Shown here: positions 19,591 to 32,800 of the stretch, one piece after another
How positions within the stretch are numbered: position 1 is the first letter of the stretch
How the letters are laid out: the number at the start of each line of letters is the position of its first letter
Source of the DNA: Mobula hypostoma
Taxonomy: Eukaryota
Assembly (NCBI RefSeq): GCF_963921235.1
Contig: NC_086107.1
Span: 96,226,001 to 96,290,000 of the forward strand
Length of the DNA stretch: 64,000 nucleotides
Reading direction: 5' to 3'
Translations under genes and position numbers: made by a program
The notes under the pieces: generated by a model
Told to the model about the DNA's origin: nothing
Seen by the model: the letters and a program-made list of their open reading frames with translations, nothing else
Database searches by the model: none

Positions 19591-22500
19591 AAGAATCTCT
19601 CTTCCCGATGGAAATCGTCGTGTCTTCCATTCTACAACTGCCGCTTGAAGCTTTTTAGATGATAACTTCCCATCTGATACAGACACCCTTTCTTAATTTG
19701 TGTCTGGTGCTTCCAGCACCATTTTTTTTCCCTCTCTGGTGTTTTTCTTCAAAATAAACCTTCTACTGCTGTGCGATGAAGGTTTTTTATAAGTCTAAGA
19801 TTTTTGTTCTTTGTTTATTACTATAGTGATTATTCTATAACTTATATAGAATATTTATCTCCTGTGAATAACATCATTTGCCCTTCGTTAACCTTTTAAC
19901 TTATCCTTTTTCGTTATTACTAATGATCCGATTCGACGGTCATTTGTAGTTATATGTTTCCTATTTTTGATTTTCGCATAATTAAAATGGCGACTTGTCT
20001 TTCATTTTCTATAATCTCCTTTTTTTTTGGGACGCCATGTTCTTATGCTTCTTCTTCCCATAATCCATTTTTCTTATGTTGGAAGTGATTTTTTATTTAC
20101 TCGCTTATAATTAACTAATTATATGTACTGATACTGTTTTTTTAATTTCATATATTTTAGTAATTTTTACTATGTAGACTAATTTACAATACTGTTTATT
20201 TTTCACATATATTAGTCTTCGGGAGGTCACTTATTTAACATATATTTTTGGAGTTGCCCCCTGCAGAAATGGGGTTAAAGTTAGTATTAGTGCTTTTTTT
20301 CAGCCTTCTCTGGCTTAGTTTGGGGTTCTACTTGGGGTTGGGGGAGGGGGATGTCTTTTTCTTTTCTAATTTTTTCCATTGGGCTGATTCAGAACTACAA
20401 AGATGTCCGCAGTGTCGAGATTTCCGGTTCCTCTCTAATCATGCATTCCTCTTCCGATTTCATGAGTTCACATTATGGTTAACCCCTTACTTACCAAAGG
20501 GTTAATTTTTAGTTATGGCTCATACTATTAATTTTGTCTCTTGGAATACAAATGGTTTAAACCATCCAATAAAACGGAAAAAGATTTTCAAAATGTTCCA
20601 AAGACTGAATGCTCATATTATTTTTGCACAAGAGACTCATGTAAGGAAAGAGGACAATCAACACTTCTTTAAGTTTTGGAAGGGTTAACAATACCATTCA
20701 AATGCTCAAGCCAAAATTAAAGGCGTTTCAATTTTTATTGATCCCTCAATTACATTTATTCATCAAGACATTATTTCAGATCCTAACAGCAGATTTCTGT
20801 TAATTACTGGGGTACTTTTTAATAAAAAGGTTGCTATGGTTAATGTTTACGCTCCGAATGTGGATTATCCTGAATTCTTTAAACACTTACTCACTTCCTT
20901 TCCTAATTTAAACGAGTATATGTTGATAATGGGCGGTGATTTTAATTTATGTTTGAATCCCATGCTGGACAGATCCATAGGTAGTCCGGCTTTACCGAAT
21001 AAGTCGGCTACTATTATTAACTCTTTTATGTTGGATTCTGGGATTTCAGAAATTTGGAGATTTCTACATCCAAATGATAAGGAATTCTCCTTTTTTTCAC
21101 ATGTACATCGTTCTTTTTCCCGTATTGATTATTTTTTGATTGACTCTCGTTTGATTCCATATGTAGTTGATTGTAATTATGACATTATTGCTATTTCAGA
21201 TCATGCTCCAATGAAACTTTCCATTAAGCTAATGGATACCTTTTGTACTAGCAGACAATGGCGATTTAACCCTATTTTGCTTCAAGATCAGGACTTTGGC
21301 AAATTTGTAAAGGAGCAGATTGATTTCTTCTTTTCAACTAATACTACGGAAGAAGTTTCCAACGGAACTGTTTGGGACGCCTTTAAAGCTTATATCCGTG
21401 GTCAAATTATTTCCTATTCGGCTGGTTTGAAAAGACGTATTAACAATGAAATACTTCTGTTGGTTGATAAAATTAAAGAAGTCGATAAAAAATATGCTAT
21501 TTCTCCCAGTAAGGAGCTGTACAAACACAGAGTTCAACTCCAATTGGAACATAGCTTATTATTAACATCCTTGACTGAAAATCAATTAATGAGAACTAGA
21601 AGTGATTTTTATATTCATAGCGATAAATCGGGTAAATTACTGGCTAAGCAACTGAAATTTGATTCGGCTAAACGTCAAATTACTAAGATTCGTAAACAGG
21701 ATGATACTTTCACAGTTGATCATGTTGGGATAAACCAAACCTTTCAAGAATTTTATACCTCTTTATATCACTCTGATTTTCCTCATGATTCTAATTTCAT
21801 GCATGATTTTTTAAGTAAATTGAGTTTTCCGAAACTATCACCCGAAGATTGCCTATCATTAGAAACTTCCATTTCAGAGGAAGAAATTATAACTGCAATC
21901 TCATCATTGAATTCCGGTAAAGCACCCGGTCCGGATGGGTTTACAGTGGAATTTTTTTTTTCCTCCATTCTTTCTTCTAAGTTGTCTAGAATATTAAAGG
22001 AAGCAATCAGCTTAGGTAAATTACCACAATCGTTTTAAGAAGCCTCTATTTCCTTAATTCTCAAAAAGAATAAAGATCCTACTGATTGTGCATCATACAG
22101 ACCGATATCTCTTCTGAATGTAGACTCTAAAATTTTTTCAAAAATTCTAGCAACTAGACTGGAGAAGGTGTTACCTCAAATTATTTCCATGGATCAAACC
22201 GGATTTATTAAAAATCGTTATTCATCCTTTAATATTAGGAGGTTAATGAATATTGTTTATACCCCCTCATTTACTACCCCGGAATGTATTATCTCATTAG
22301 ATGCCGAGAAAGCCTTTGACAGAGTTGAATGGCCTTATTTATTTAATGTTCTTGAGAAATTTAATTTTAATTTGACATTTATATCTTGCATTAAATTGTT
22401 ATATTACTCCCCGGTAGCCTCGGTTTGTACAAATAATTATAGATCTCCTTTTTCCCCTCTTTTTCGTGGTACTAGGCAAGGTTGCCCTCTTAGTCCTTTA

Positions 22501-24664
22501 CTATTTAATATTGCTCTTGAACCTTTAGCAATTGCTATTCGTGACTCGCCAAATATTGTTGGTATTACCCGTGGAAACGAAATACACAACTTATCATTAT
22601 ATGCAGATGATTTGTTGTTATACATCTCTAACCCGGAGAAGTCAATTCCTGCTATCCTAGATCTGTTAGCTCAATTTAGTAACTTCTCTGGTTACAAATT
22701 GAATCTTAGTAAGAGTGAATTATTCCCTTTAAATAAGCATGTACCTATTTATGGACGTTTACCATTTAAATTGGTTATTGGTTCACTTATATATTTAGGG
22801 ATAACAATTACGAAAAAGTATAAAGATTTATTTAAAGCTAATTTTTTACCTTTAATTGATCAGATTAAACTTTTATTTACCAAATGGTCCCCAATCTCTC
22901 TGTCTTTGATTGGTCGGATTAATGCTATTAAGATGATCATTTTGCCTAAATTTTTGTATATATTCCAATCGGTTCCAATTTTTATCCCAAAATCTTTTTT
23001 TGATAATGTAGATTCAAAAATTTCCTCTTATATTTGGCAGAATAAAAATCCTAGGTTAGGTAAAAGGTATCTACAGAAATCTAAAAAGGAGGGGGGGCTC
23101 GCCCTCCCGAATTTTAGATTCTATTATTGGGCAATTAATATTCGATATTTAAAATTCTGGTTACAAGATTTGGACGCATCTTTAAACCCTCATTGGGTAA
23201 ATCTTGAATCTAATTCATTACAAGGGTTCTCCTTGGGTTCAGTTTTAGGAACTTTACTTCCTTTTACTTCTTTTAAATCATATAAACAAATGAACAACCC
23301 AATAGTTAAGCATACTTTACGTATATGGTTTCAGTTCCGAAGATTTTTTGGGTTTAATCAATTTATTCCAGCAAGTCCTATTACATCAAATTTTCTTTTT
23401 CAACCTTCTACGATGGATCAAGCTTACTTTGATTGGAAAACCAAAGGTATAATATCTTTTCGCGATTTATTCTTGGATAACTGTTTTATGTCTTTTGATC
23501 AACTCTCTAATAAATATAACTTACCCAGATCTCACTTTTCTAGATATCTACAGATTAGAAACTTTTTAATTACTGTCTTTCCTAATTTTCCACATCCATA
23601 TCCAATGGTCACTTTGGAAAAAAACTTAGATTTAAATCTCTCTCAGAAAAGTGTAGTAGCAATTATATATAATATAATTATGAATTTATGTCCTGATGCT
23701 TCTAATAAAATTAAAGCTGACTGGGAAAGAGAACTTGAGATTAATATACCGACTGAAAAATGGAAAAAATTCTTCAGTTGGTGAATTCATCCTCTGTATG
23801 TGCTAAGCACAGGTTGATACAGTTTAAAGTAGTGCACAGGCCTCATATGTCCAAAGATAAACTATCTCGTTACTACTCTTATATTAATCCAATATGTGAC
23901 AGATGCCATTCCGAGATAGCTTCTTTAACCCACATGTTTTGGTCATGTCCCTTGTTGGAGAAATATTGGAAAGATATTTTTGATATTATTTCAACGGTCC
24001 TAAATATAGACTTACAACCTCATCCAATTACTGCTATCTTTGGACTACCAATGATAGACTTAAATAATTTAACCTCTTTATCACGAAGGATGATTGCATT
24101 TCTTACTTTAATAGCTAGAAGGTCCATTTTGTTGAATTGGAAATAGATCAACCCTCCTATTGTATTTCATTGGTTTTCACAAACTATGGTATGTTTGAAT
24201 TTGGAGAAAATTAGAAGTGCAGTTTATGACCCTTATATTAAGTTTGAAAAAACTTGGAGGCCATTCATTCAGCATTTTCATTTGATGTAATTTGATCATT
24301 TCCAAACTTGTTTTATCTCCCTGTACTGTTGTTGGAGGGGATTGGAGTCGTCGACACTAAGGTTTTCTTCTTTTCCATTTTTAAGTTGTTTGCCCAAGTC
24401 TTTTAGGTTAGTTGATTAATTTTGTTTTTCTTTGGGGATGGGTTTTTTTTGTTTTGTTTTTTTTTTCTTTTTCATTTTTTTTTCCAGTTTTTTTATTTTG
24501 TATTATCCGGGGTTAGTTCTACATGTTTGGGAGCTTTGTTAATTTCCACTACTTGGTTTTGCAATTAATTTTTTTAAGTGTAACATTACATCTCCTTCTA
24601 TTTGTATTACGGCTATGTTCTGTTTCTGTATTTTGAAATTAATAAAAAGATTGAAAAAGAAAGA
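19591..24664 (+). mobile_element. L1-clade LINE 'L1-B', 5'-truncated at the end of ORF1; ORF2 decayed (ATG 20515, stop 24290)
   Basis: Begins RISLPDGNRR (ORF1 C-terminus). ORF2 fragments 20836-22038, 22168-23784 and 23760-24146 include YADD. AATAAA at 24641 and a GAAA tail. Confidence 0.88.
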
Positions 24665-24669
24665 ACAGA

Positions 24670-27600
24670 TTTTTTATTTCAAAATATACTTTATTCAAAA
24701 ATAAATATATACAATAAACCATTCAATAACTTTTCATCCTTTACATACGTTTCCATTATACTTGGTACATATCCGTATTTATAGCCACCCACGTGGCACT
24801 CCAGTAGTTCAGCTTACCATATCATTGTTGAGGGGTATACTCCCCGCCCACCGACCCCTCACACTCCCACGGGTGGAGAAACCTATACTGTGGTCCTTCC
24901 CCACCGGGCCCTTGCGGTGGCTGCACCGAGTTTCAGTGCGTCCCTCAGCACATTCTCCTGCAGCCGAGAATGTGCCAGTCGGCAGCATTCTCCCACGGAC
25001 ATCTCCATGTGCTGATAGATCATCAAGTTTCGGGCCGACCAAAGAGCGTCTTTCGCCGAGTTGATGATCTGCCAGCAGCACCGGATGTTGGTCTCCGTGT
25101 GCGTCCCCAGGAACAGCCCGTAGATCAGAGAGTCCTCTGTTACGCAGCTGCGGGGGATAAAACGTGACACAAGCCTGTCCATCCTCCTCCACACCCTCTT
25201 TGCGAACTGGCAGTGTGCAAAGAGGTGGGTCACAGACTCTTCCTCACTGTAGTCCTCCTGTGGGCAGTGGGGTGCGGAGACGATGTTCCGGGCGTACAGG
25301 AGGGCTCTGACTGGGAGGGCCCCTCTCACCGCCAGCCAGGCGAGGTCTTGGTGCCTGTTGATGAGATCTGGCAATGAGGCATTTTGCCAGATGAACTGGA
25401 CGGTCTGCTCAGGGAACCACCTCACTGTGTCCATCACCTCCTTCTCCTGCAGTCCCTGCAGGACATTACGTGCTGACCACTGCCTGATGGCCCTGGGGTC
25501 AAAGGCGTTCTCCTGGAAGAACTTTGCTACGTAGGACAGGTATACTGGCAACGACCAGCTGACTGGGGTGTTGCGTGGGAGTGGGGCCAGACCCATCCTT
25601 GGTAGCCAGGGCGACAGGTAGATCCTGGGCACATAGTGGTACTTGGTGCCCACATACCTGGGTTCTACACACAACCTGATGCAGCCACATACGAAGCTGG
25701 CCATCAGGGTGAGGGCGACATTGGGGACGTTCTTGCCCCCGTTGTCCAACGACTTGTGCATGACGGTCCGTCTCACCTGCTCCATCTTGGATCCCCAGAC
25801 GAATCTGAAGACAGCCCGGGTGATTTCCGAGCTGTAGGAGCAGGGGACAGGCCAGACCTGCGCCAAGTACAGCAGCCCTGAGAGCACCTCACACCTGATG
25901 ACCAGGTTCTTGCCCGTTATCGACAGGGAGCGCCCTCCCCACAGTCCCAGTTTTTGTTTCACCTTGGCAGTCCACTCCTGCCAGTTCTTGTTGCACGCCT
26001 CAGCCCCTCCGAACCAGATCCCCAACACCTTCACGTGGTCAGACCTGATGGTGAAGGGGACGCTGGATCGGTCGGGCCAGTTGCCGAAGAGCATGGCTTC
26101 GCTCTTCGTGCGGTTGACCCTGGCCCCCGACGCTAGCTCGAACTGTTCGCAGGTGCCAATCAACCTGCGAACTGACCTCGGATCAGAGCAGAAGACGGTG
26201 ACGTCGTCCATATACAGGGAAGTTTTCACTTGGGTCCCTCCACTGCCTGGCAGCGTCACCCCTCTTATGCCCTCATCCCTCCTGATGGCTTCCGCAAAGG
26301 GTTCTATGCAGCAGACAAACAAGACAGGGGAGAGGGGACAGCCCTGTCTGACTCCCGACCTGATGGGGAAACTGTCTGTTTCCCACCCGTTGACCTGGAC
26401 TGCACTACGGATGTCTGTGTAGAGCAGTCTAATCCAATTCTGGATTCCTTCCCCAAATCCCATTTTGGAGAGCACGTCCGCCATGTACGTGTGCGATATC
26501 CTGTCGAAGGCTTTCTCCTGGTCCAAGCTCACCAGGCAGGCGTTCACCCCCCTGTCCTGCACGTAGGCGATGGTGTCCCTCAGCAGTGCGAGGCTGCCTG
26601 AGATCTTCCTGTCCGGTACAGCACAGGTTTGGTCCGGGTGAATCACCTGTCCCAGAGCAGACTTGACCCTGTTGGTGATAGCCTTGGACAGGATCTTGTA
26701 GTCCAGATTCAGGAGAGAGATGGGTCTCCAATTTCTAATGTCCTCCCTTTCCCCCTTCTGCTTGTAAATGAGGGTGATGATGCCCTTCCTCATGGACTCT
26801 GACATACTGCCGGCCAGAAGCATAGCATTGTACACTTCCAGCAGGTCTGGGCCTATCCAGTTCCACAGAGCCGAGTACAACTCAGCCGATAAGCCGTCGC
26901 TTCCGGGAGTCCTACCCGACCCAAAGGAACGGATGGAGCCTGTCAGCTCGTCCAGGGTCAGTGGCTGATCCAGACTCTCCCGTTTGCCGTCATCTAAGAC
27001 CTGCGTGATAGACGACAGGAAGTTGTGGGAGGCTGTGGATTCTGTGGCCTTTTCGTCGTACAGACCGGCATAGAAGGACCTGCAGATCCTCAGAATGTCG
27101 GTCTGCGAGGATGTGACTGAGCCATCCTCTTCCTTAAGGTTGTGGATCACAGAGCTCCCCCTGTGCACCTTTTGGAAGAAGAAGCGTGAGCACGTCTCGT
27201 CCTGCTCCACGATTTGGACCCTTGATCGGAAGATGATCTTGGAGGATTCGGGGGGAGGTGCTGGGCTTGCCGGCCCTTCACCTCTCGCAATTCCTCCCTG
27301 ACATCCACCCGCTCCGACTGCAGAAGGAGAAGTTGCTGCAACTCTGTCTGTAGTTTACGCAGTTTCCTCTGCTCCTGCCTTGCTTTCCGGATACCCTTGC
27401 AGATGAAGAACCTCCTAATGTTCTCCTTGGTGGCTTCCCACCAGTGAACCGGGGAATCAAAGAAGGCTTTCAAGGTTCTCCAACCTATGGACTCTCTCTC
27501 TGTTCCTCGATGTTCTCTGGTTTCAGCAGCTATACGTTCAGCTTCCAAGTCCCCCTGCCTGCCTTCTGGTCCTCCCATAAGTGACAGGTGGCTCTCAGAA

Positions 27601-29813
27601 GGCAGTGGTCAGAGAAGAACACCGGCGTGACGTCGGTGGACCTGACCGTGAGGGACTCAAACAGGAAGAGGAAGTCGATCCGGGTGCGGGCTGAGCCGTC
27701 CGATCGTGTCCAGGTGGCTTGTGGCTGTGCTCCACCTGTTGGGGTGCCACAGGCGTCGCGCAGCTTGGCTGTCTTTACTATTTCCCTCAGGAGTCTGGAG
27801 GTACTGTCCAGCCTGCCGGGTCCTCCAGCCGCATCAATGGTGCAGTTGAAGTCTCCGGCCAGAACGACCGGCTGGAGCGTCACCAGCAGCTGTGGGAGCT
27901 GCTCAAAGACGGCCAGCCGCTCGCTCCACACGGGGGAGGCGTACACATTGACCAGCCGGAGCGGAGTGCCCCGGTATTTGACGTCTGCTACCAGGAGGCG
28001 CCCCGCAACCACCTCTTTAACTTGGGTGATTGAGAAGTTGCCTCCCCGCAGCAGAATCCCCAGCCGGAAGCGCGACAATCGTTGCCCCCCGACCACACCG
28101 ACAAACCTTTTTTCCACCACCGTGCCCACCTCCGGTAGTTACGGAGGTGTGGTAGTCTGCACTCCTGGAGGAAGGTCACGTCGGCTTTTACAGTGCCCAG
28201 GGACTGGAGCGTGCTGACGCATCGCCTGGTACTCTTCAAACTTTGCACGTTGCAGCACGCCAATTTAAGGTCTGCCGTCTTTGTAAGTCCTTTATTTCGG
28301 CTGCTCTCCGTCCTCTTCCTTCCAGTCCTGAGCCTTCCTTCCCACCGCCTTTGTGAAGTTTTCCACCTCCTGTGGGCTCAGGTACTGCTGGTAGTACTCC
28401 CCCGGGTGTGGCAGTTCTGGTTCTGACTTCCTGGGCTGCTTCCACTTCAGGCTGCTGTATGCCAGCCGTGGCTCTGCTCCGGGATTCCTGGAGCTGTGTG
28501 TCTCTGCTGCTCTCCGCCTCCTGTACCTGGGGGGTGGCCAGCAGACTTTCTCCCCTCTCTCTCCTCCCCTCCGCCTGTTCTGCCAGCCGCTTCTTCCGCC
28601 GGGGCTGCTGGCCTCCCCCAACTCCTTCCTCCTCTGAAGAGGACAGGGTACCAGAGGCTGTGTGGTTCCTTGCCCTTTTCTTGTAATCCTCTGCCTTCTG
28701 TCACTTGGCCGCGGCCTTTTGGGTCTTTTTACGTTTCACGACCTTCCATTCAGTTTCCACCTCAGCTCTCCCCTCCTCCATGGACTCCTGCTTGTCGTTT
28801 GCCTGGTCCTGGGGGGTCTGCAGCGGGGTGGCAGGTCTTGGGGTGCTTGCACCTTCCTCCCTGGTTTCATCGTCCGTCCTGTCGGGTGCCTCGTCTGCAG
28901 CGCTGGCGGGTACGTCCGAAACTGCCTGGGCCCTTTCAGTGCCAGCACCTTCCCTGGTCGCCTGTGCGTAGGTGCCCCCATGCCTCGGGTAGTCTCTGTA
29001 CAGGTTGCCAGCCTGTCCGCAAAGGTTGCAGGACTTGGCCTGCGTGCAGTCTTTGGTCAGGTGGCCTTCAGTTTTACAGTTCTTGCACATCAACACCCTG
29101 CAGTGGGCTGCGATGTGCCCTGCCTTGCCGCAGTTTCGGCACACCCTGGATTGCCCCGCGTACACCGTGTACCCTCCGTTCCCTCTGATGGCGAAGACGG
29201 AGGGGGGCTGGATGATGCCGCCGTTGGAATCCAACCTCAGCTTCACCTTGACCTGCTGTTTGCTGGTCCAGATTCCCAGTCCGTCCTTCACGTCCGCTGG
29301 TGTTCCTACGCTCTCCACATACCGAGCGAGGAATGTAAGGACGTCCACCACTGGCACGTACAGGTTGAACATCTGGAGCATGATTGTCCGTTCCTGCTGG
29401 GTTGCCGTTGTAAAGAGGGCCTGTGCTTTCAGCAGAGACAGCGGCGCCTCTGTCCCCTTCAGCTGAAGCTGCTGATACAGCTTCTGCCACCCTGCAGCCT
29501 GCCGGAAAGTGACATCGAAGAAACCTGCGAAATCCTGGACACAGTAGATGACGTTGGGCATAAATCCACAGCGTTCCATCAAGACCTTCCGGATGACGGT
29601 CTCTCGGGTGATGCTGGTGCCCCCGTTCCGGTCTCGCACTGTCAGCCTGACAGTGTTCTTGATATCCGGGCCTCGAGCCGATGCACTGCTCGCTGCTGCC
29701 ATCTTCTTCTTCCTCACTGCTGTCGTCGCTGGTATGGGGTGTTAGATTGGAGGCCAATCAGCATTAGCATCCACCCCTGCGTCAGCACGAACTCTTCTCC
29801 TCCGCCTTCTGGT
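24670..29813 (-). mobile_element. Keno-type Tx1 copy K3 (decayed)
   Basis: Reverse-complement homology to K2. RT ORF 24883-27210; ORF1 stop at 28701; frameshifts in EN. Confidence 0.92.
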
Positions 29814-29827
29814 CTGATAAGAACAGA
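29814..29827 (-). repeat. U2 nt 39-52 fragment (TCTGTTCTTATCAG), target-site duplication between array units
   Basis: Identical copies at 34974-34987, 40135-40148 and 45296-45309. Confidence 0.85.
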
Positions 29828-32800
29828 TTTTTTAAAATTTCAAAATATACTTTATTCAAAAATAAATATATACCATAAACCATTCAATAACTTTTCATCC
29901 TCTACATACGTTTCCATTATAGTCAATACATATCTGTATTTATAGCCACCCACGTGGCACTCCAGTAGTTCAGCTTACCATATCATTGTTGAGGGGTATA
30001 CTCTCCGCCCTCCGACCCCTCCCACTCCCACGGGTGGAGAAACCTATACCGTGGTCCTTCCCCACCGTCCCTTGCGGTGGCTGCACCGAGTTTCAGTGCG
30101 TCCCTTAGCACGTACTCCTGCAGCCGAGAATGTGCCAGTCGGCAGCATTCTCCCACAGACATCTCCATGTGCTGGTAGATCATCAAGTTTCGGGCCGACC
30201 AAAGAGCGTCTTTCACCGAGTTAATGATCTGCCAGCAGCACCGGATGTTTGTCTCTGTGTGTGTCCCCAGGAACAGCCCGTAGATCAGAGAGTCCTCTGT
30301 TACACAGCTGCTGGGGATGAAACGTGACACTAGCCCGTCCATCCTCCTCCACACCCTCTTTGCGAACTGGCAGTGTGCAAAGAGGTGGGTCACAGACTCC
30401 TACTCACTGCAGTCCTCCCGTGGGCAGTGGGGTGCGGAGACGACGTTCCGGGCGTACAGGATGGCTCTGAGTGGGAAGGCCCATCTCACTGCCAGCCAGG
30501 CGAGGTCTTGGTGCCTGTTGGTGAGATCTGGTGATGAGGCATTTTGCCAGATGAACTGGACAGTCTGCTCAGGAAACCACCCCACTGCGTCCATCAGGTC
30601 CTCCTCCTGCAATGCCTGCAGGACATTAAGTGCCGACCACTGCCTGATGGCCCCGTGGTCAAAGGCGTTCTCCTGGAAGAACTTTGCTACGTAGGGCAGG
30701 TATGCCGGCAACGACCAGCTGACTGGGGTGTTGCACGGGAGTGGGGCCAGACCCATCTTTCGTAGCCAGGGCGACAGGTAGAACCTGGGCACATAGTGGT
30801 ACTTGATGCCCACATACCTGGGTTCTCCACACAACCTGATGCAGCCACTTATGAAGCTGGCTATCAGGGTGAGGGCGACATTGGGGACGTTCTTGCCCCC
30901 GTTGTCCAGGGACTTCTGCATGACGGTCCGTCTCACCCGCTCCATCTTGGATCTCCAGACGAATCTGAAGGGAGCCCCGGTGATTTCCGAGCTGTAGGAG
31001 CGGGGGACAGGCCAGACCTGTGCCAAGTACAGCAGCCCTGAGAGCACCTCACACCTGATGACCAGGTTCTTGCCCGTTATTGACAGGGGGCGCCCTCCCC
31101 ACAGTCCCAGTTTCTGTATTAACTTGGCAGTCCGTTACTGCCAGTTCTTGTTGATCGCCTCAGCCCCTCCGAACCAGATCCCCAACACCTTCACGTGGTC
31201 AGACCTGATGGTGAAGGGGACGCTGGATCGGTTGGGCCAGTTGCCGAAGAGCATGGCTTCGCTCTTCGTGCAGTTGACCCTGGCCCCCGACGCCAGCTCG
31301 AACTGTTCACAGGTGCCAATCAACCTGCGAACTGACCTCGGATCAGAGCAGAAGACGGTGACGTTGTCCATGTACAGGGAGGTTTTCACTTGGGTCCCTC
31401 CACTGCCTGGCAGCATCACCCCTCTTATGCCCTCATCCTTCCTGGTGTTTTCCGCAAAGGGTTCGATGCAGCAGACAAACAAGACAGGGGAGAGGGGACA
31501 GCCCTGACTGACTCCCGACCTGATGGAGAAGCTGTCTGTTTCCCATCCATTGACCTGGACTGCACTACGGATGTCTGTGTAGAGCAGTCTAATCCAATTC
31601 TGGATTCCCTTCCCTAATCCCATTTTGGAAAGCACATCCGCCATGTACGTGTGCGATATCCTGTCGAAGGCTTTCTCCTGGTCCAAGCTCACCAGGCAGG
31701 CGTTCACCCCCCTGTCCTGCACGTAGGCGATGGTGTCCCTCAGCAGTGCGAGGCTGCCTGAGATCTTCCTGTCCGGTACAGCACAGGTTTGGTCCGGGTG
31801 AATCACCTGTCCCAGAGCAGACTTGACCCTGTTGGTGATAGCCTTGGACAGGATCTTGTAGTCCAGATTCAGGAGAGAGATGGGTCTCCAATTTCTAATG
31901 TCCTCCCTTTCCCCCTTCTGCTTGTAAATGAGGGTGATGATGCCCTTCCTCATGGACTCTGACATACTGCCGGCCAGAAGCATAGCATTGTACACTTCCA
32001 GCAGGTCTGGGCCTATCCAGTTCCACAGAGCCGAGTACAACTCAGCCGATAAGTCGTCGCTTCCGGGAGTCCTACCCGACCCAAAGGAACGGATGGAGCC
32101 TGTCAGCTCGTCCAGGGTCAGTGGCTGATCCAGACTCTCCCGTTTGCCGTCATCTAAGACCTGCGTGATAGACGACAGGAAGTTGCGGGAGGCTGTGGAT
32201 TCTGTGGCCTTTTCGTCGTACAGACCGGCATAGAAGGACCTGCAGATCCTCAGAATGTCGGTCTGCGAGGATGTGACTGAGCCATCCTCTTCCTTAAGGT
32301 TGTGGATCACAGAGCTCCCCCTGTGCACCTTTTGGAAGAAGAAGCGTGAGCACGTCTCGTCCTGCTCCACGATTTGGACCCTTGATCGGAAGATGATCTT
32401 GGAGGATTCGGGGGGAGGTGCTGGGCTTGCCGGCCCTTCACCTCTCGCAATTCCTCCCTGACATCCACCCGCTCCGACTGCAGAAGGAGAAGTTGCTGCA
32501 ACTCTGTCTGTAGTTTACGCAGTTTCCTCTGCTCCTGCCTTGCTTTCCGGATACCCTTGCAGATGAAGAACCTCCTAATGTTCTCCTTGGTGGCTTCCCA
32601 CCAGTGAACCGGGGAATCAAAGAAGGCTTTCAAGGTTCTCCAACCTATGGACTCTCTCTCTGTTCCTCGATGTTCTCTGGTTTCAGCAGCTATACGTTCA
32701 GCTTCCAAGTCCCCCTGCCTGCCTTCTGGTCCTCCCATAAGTGACAGGTGGCTCTCAGAAGGCAGAGGTCAGAGAAGAACACCGGCGTGACGTCGGTGGA

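Larger units (their letters stand above)
10633..19595 (+). mobile_element. L1-clade LINE 'L1-A', near full length, interrupted by a CR1
   Basis: ORF1, AT-rich spacer, and ORF2 with SWNTNGL, LQETH, GGDLN, SRIDY, SDH, YADD. AATAAA at 19561 and a GAAA-rich tail. Confidence 0.9.
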
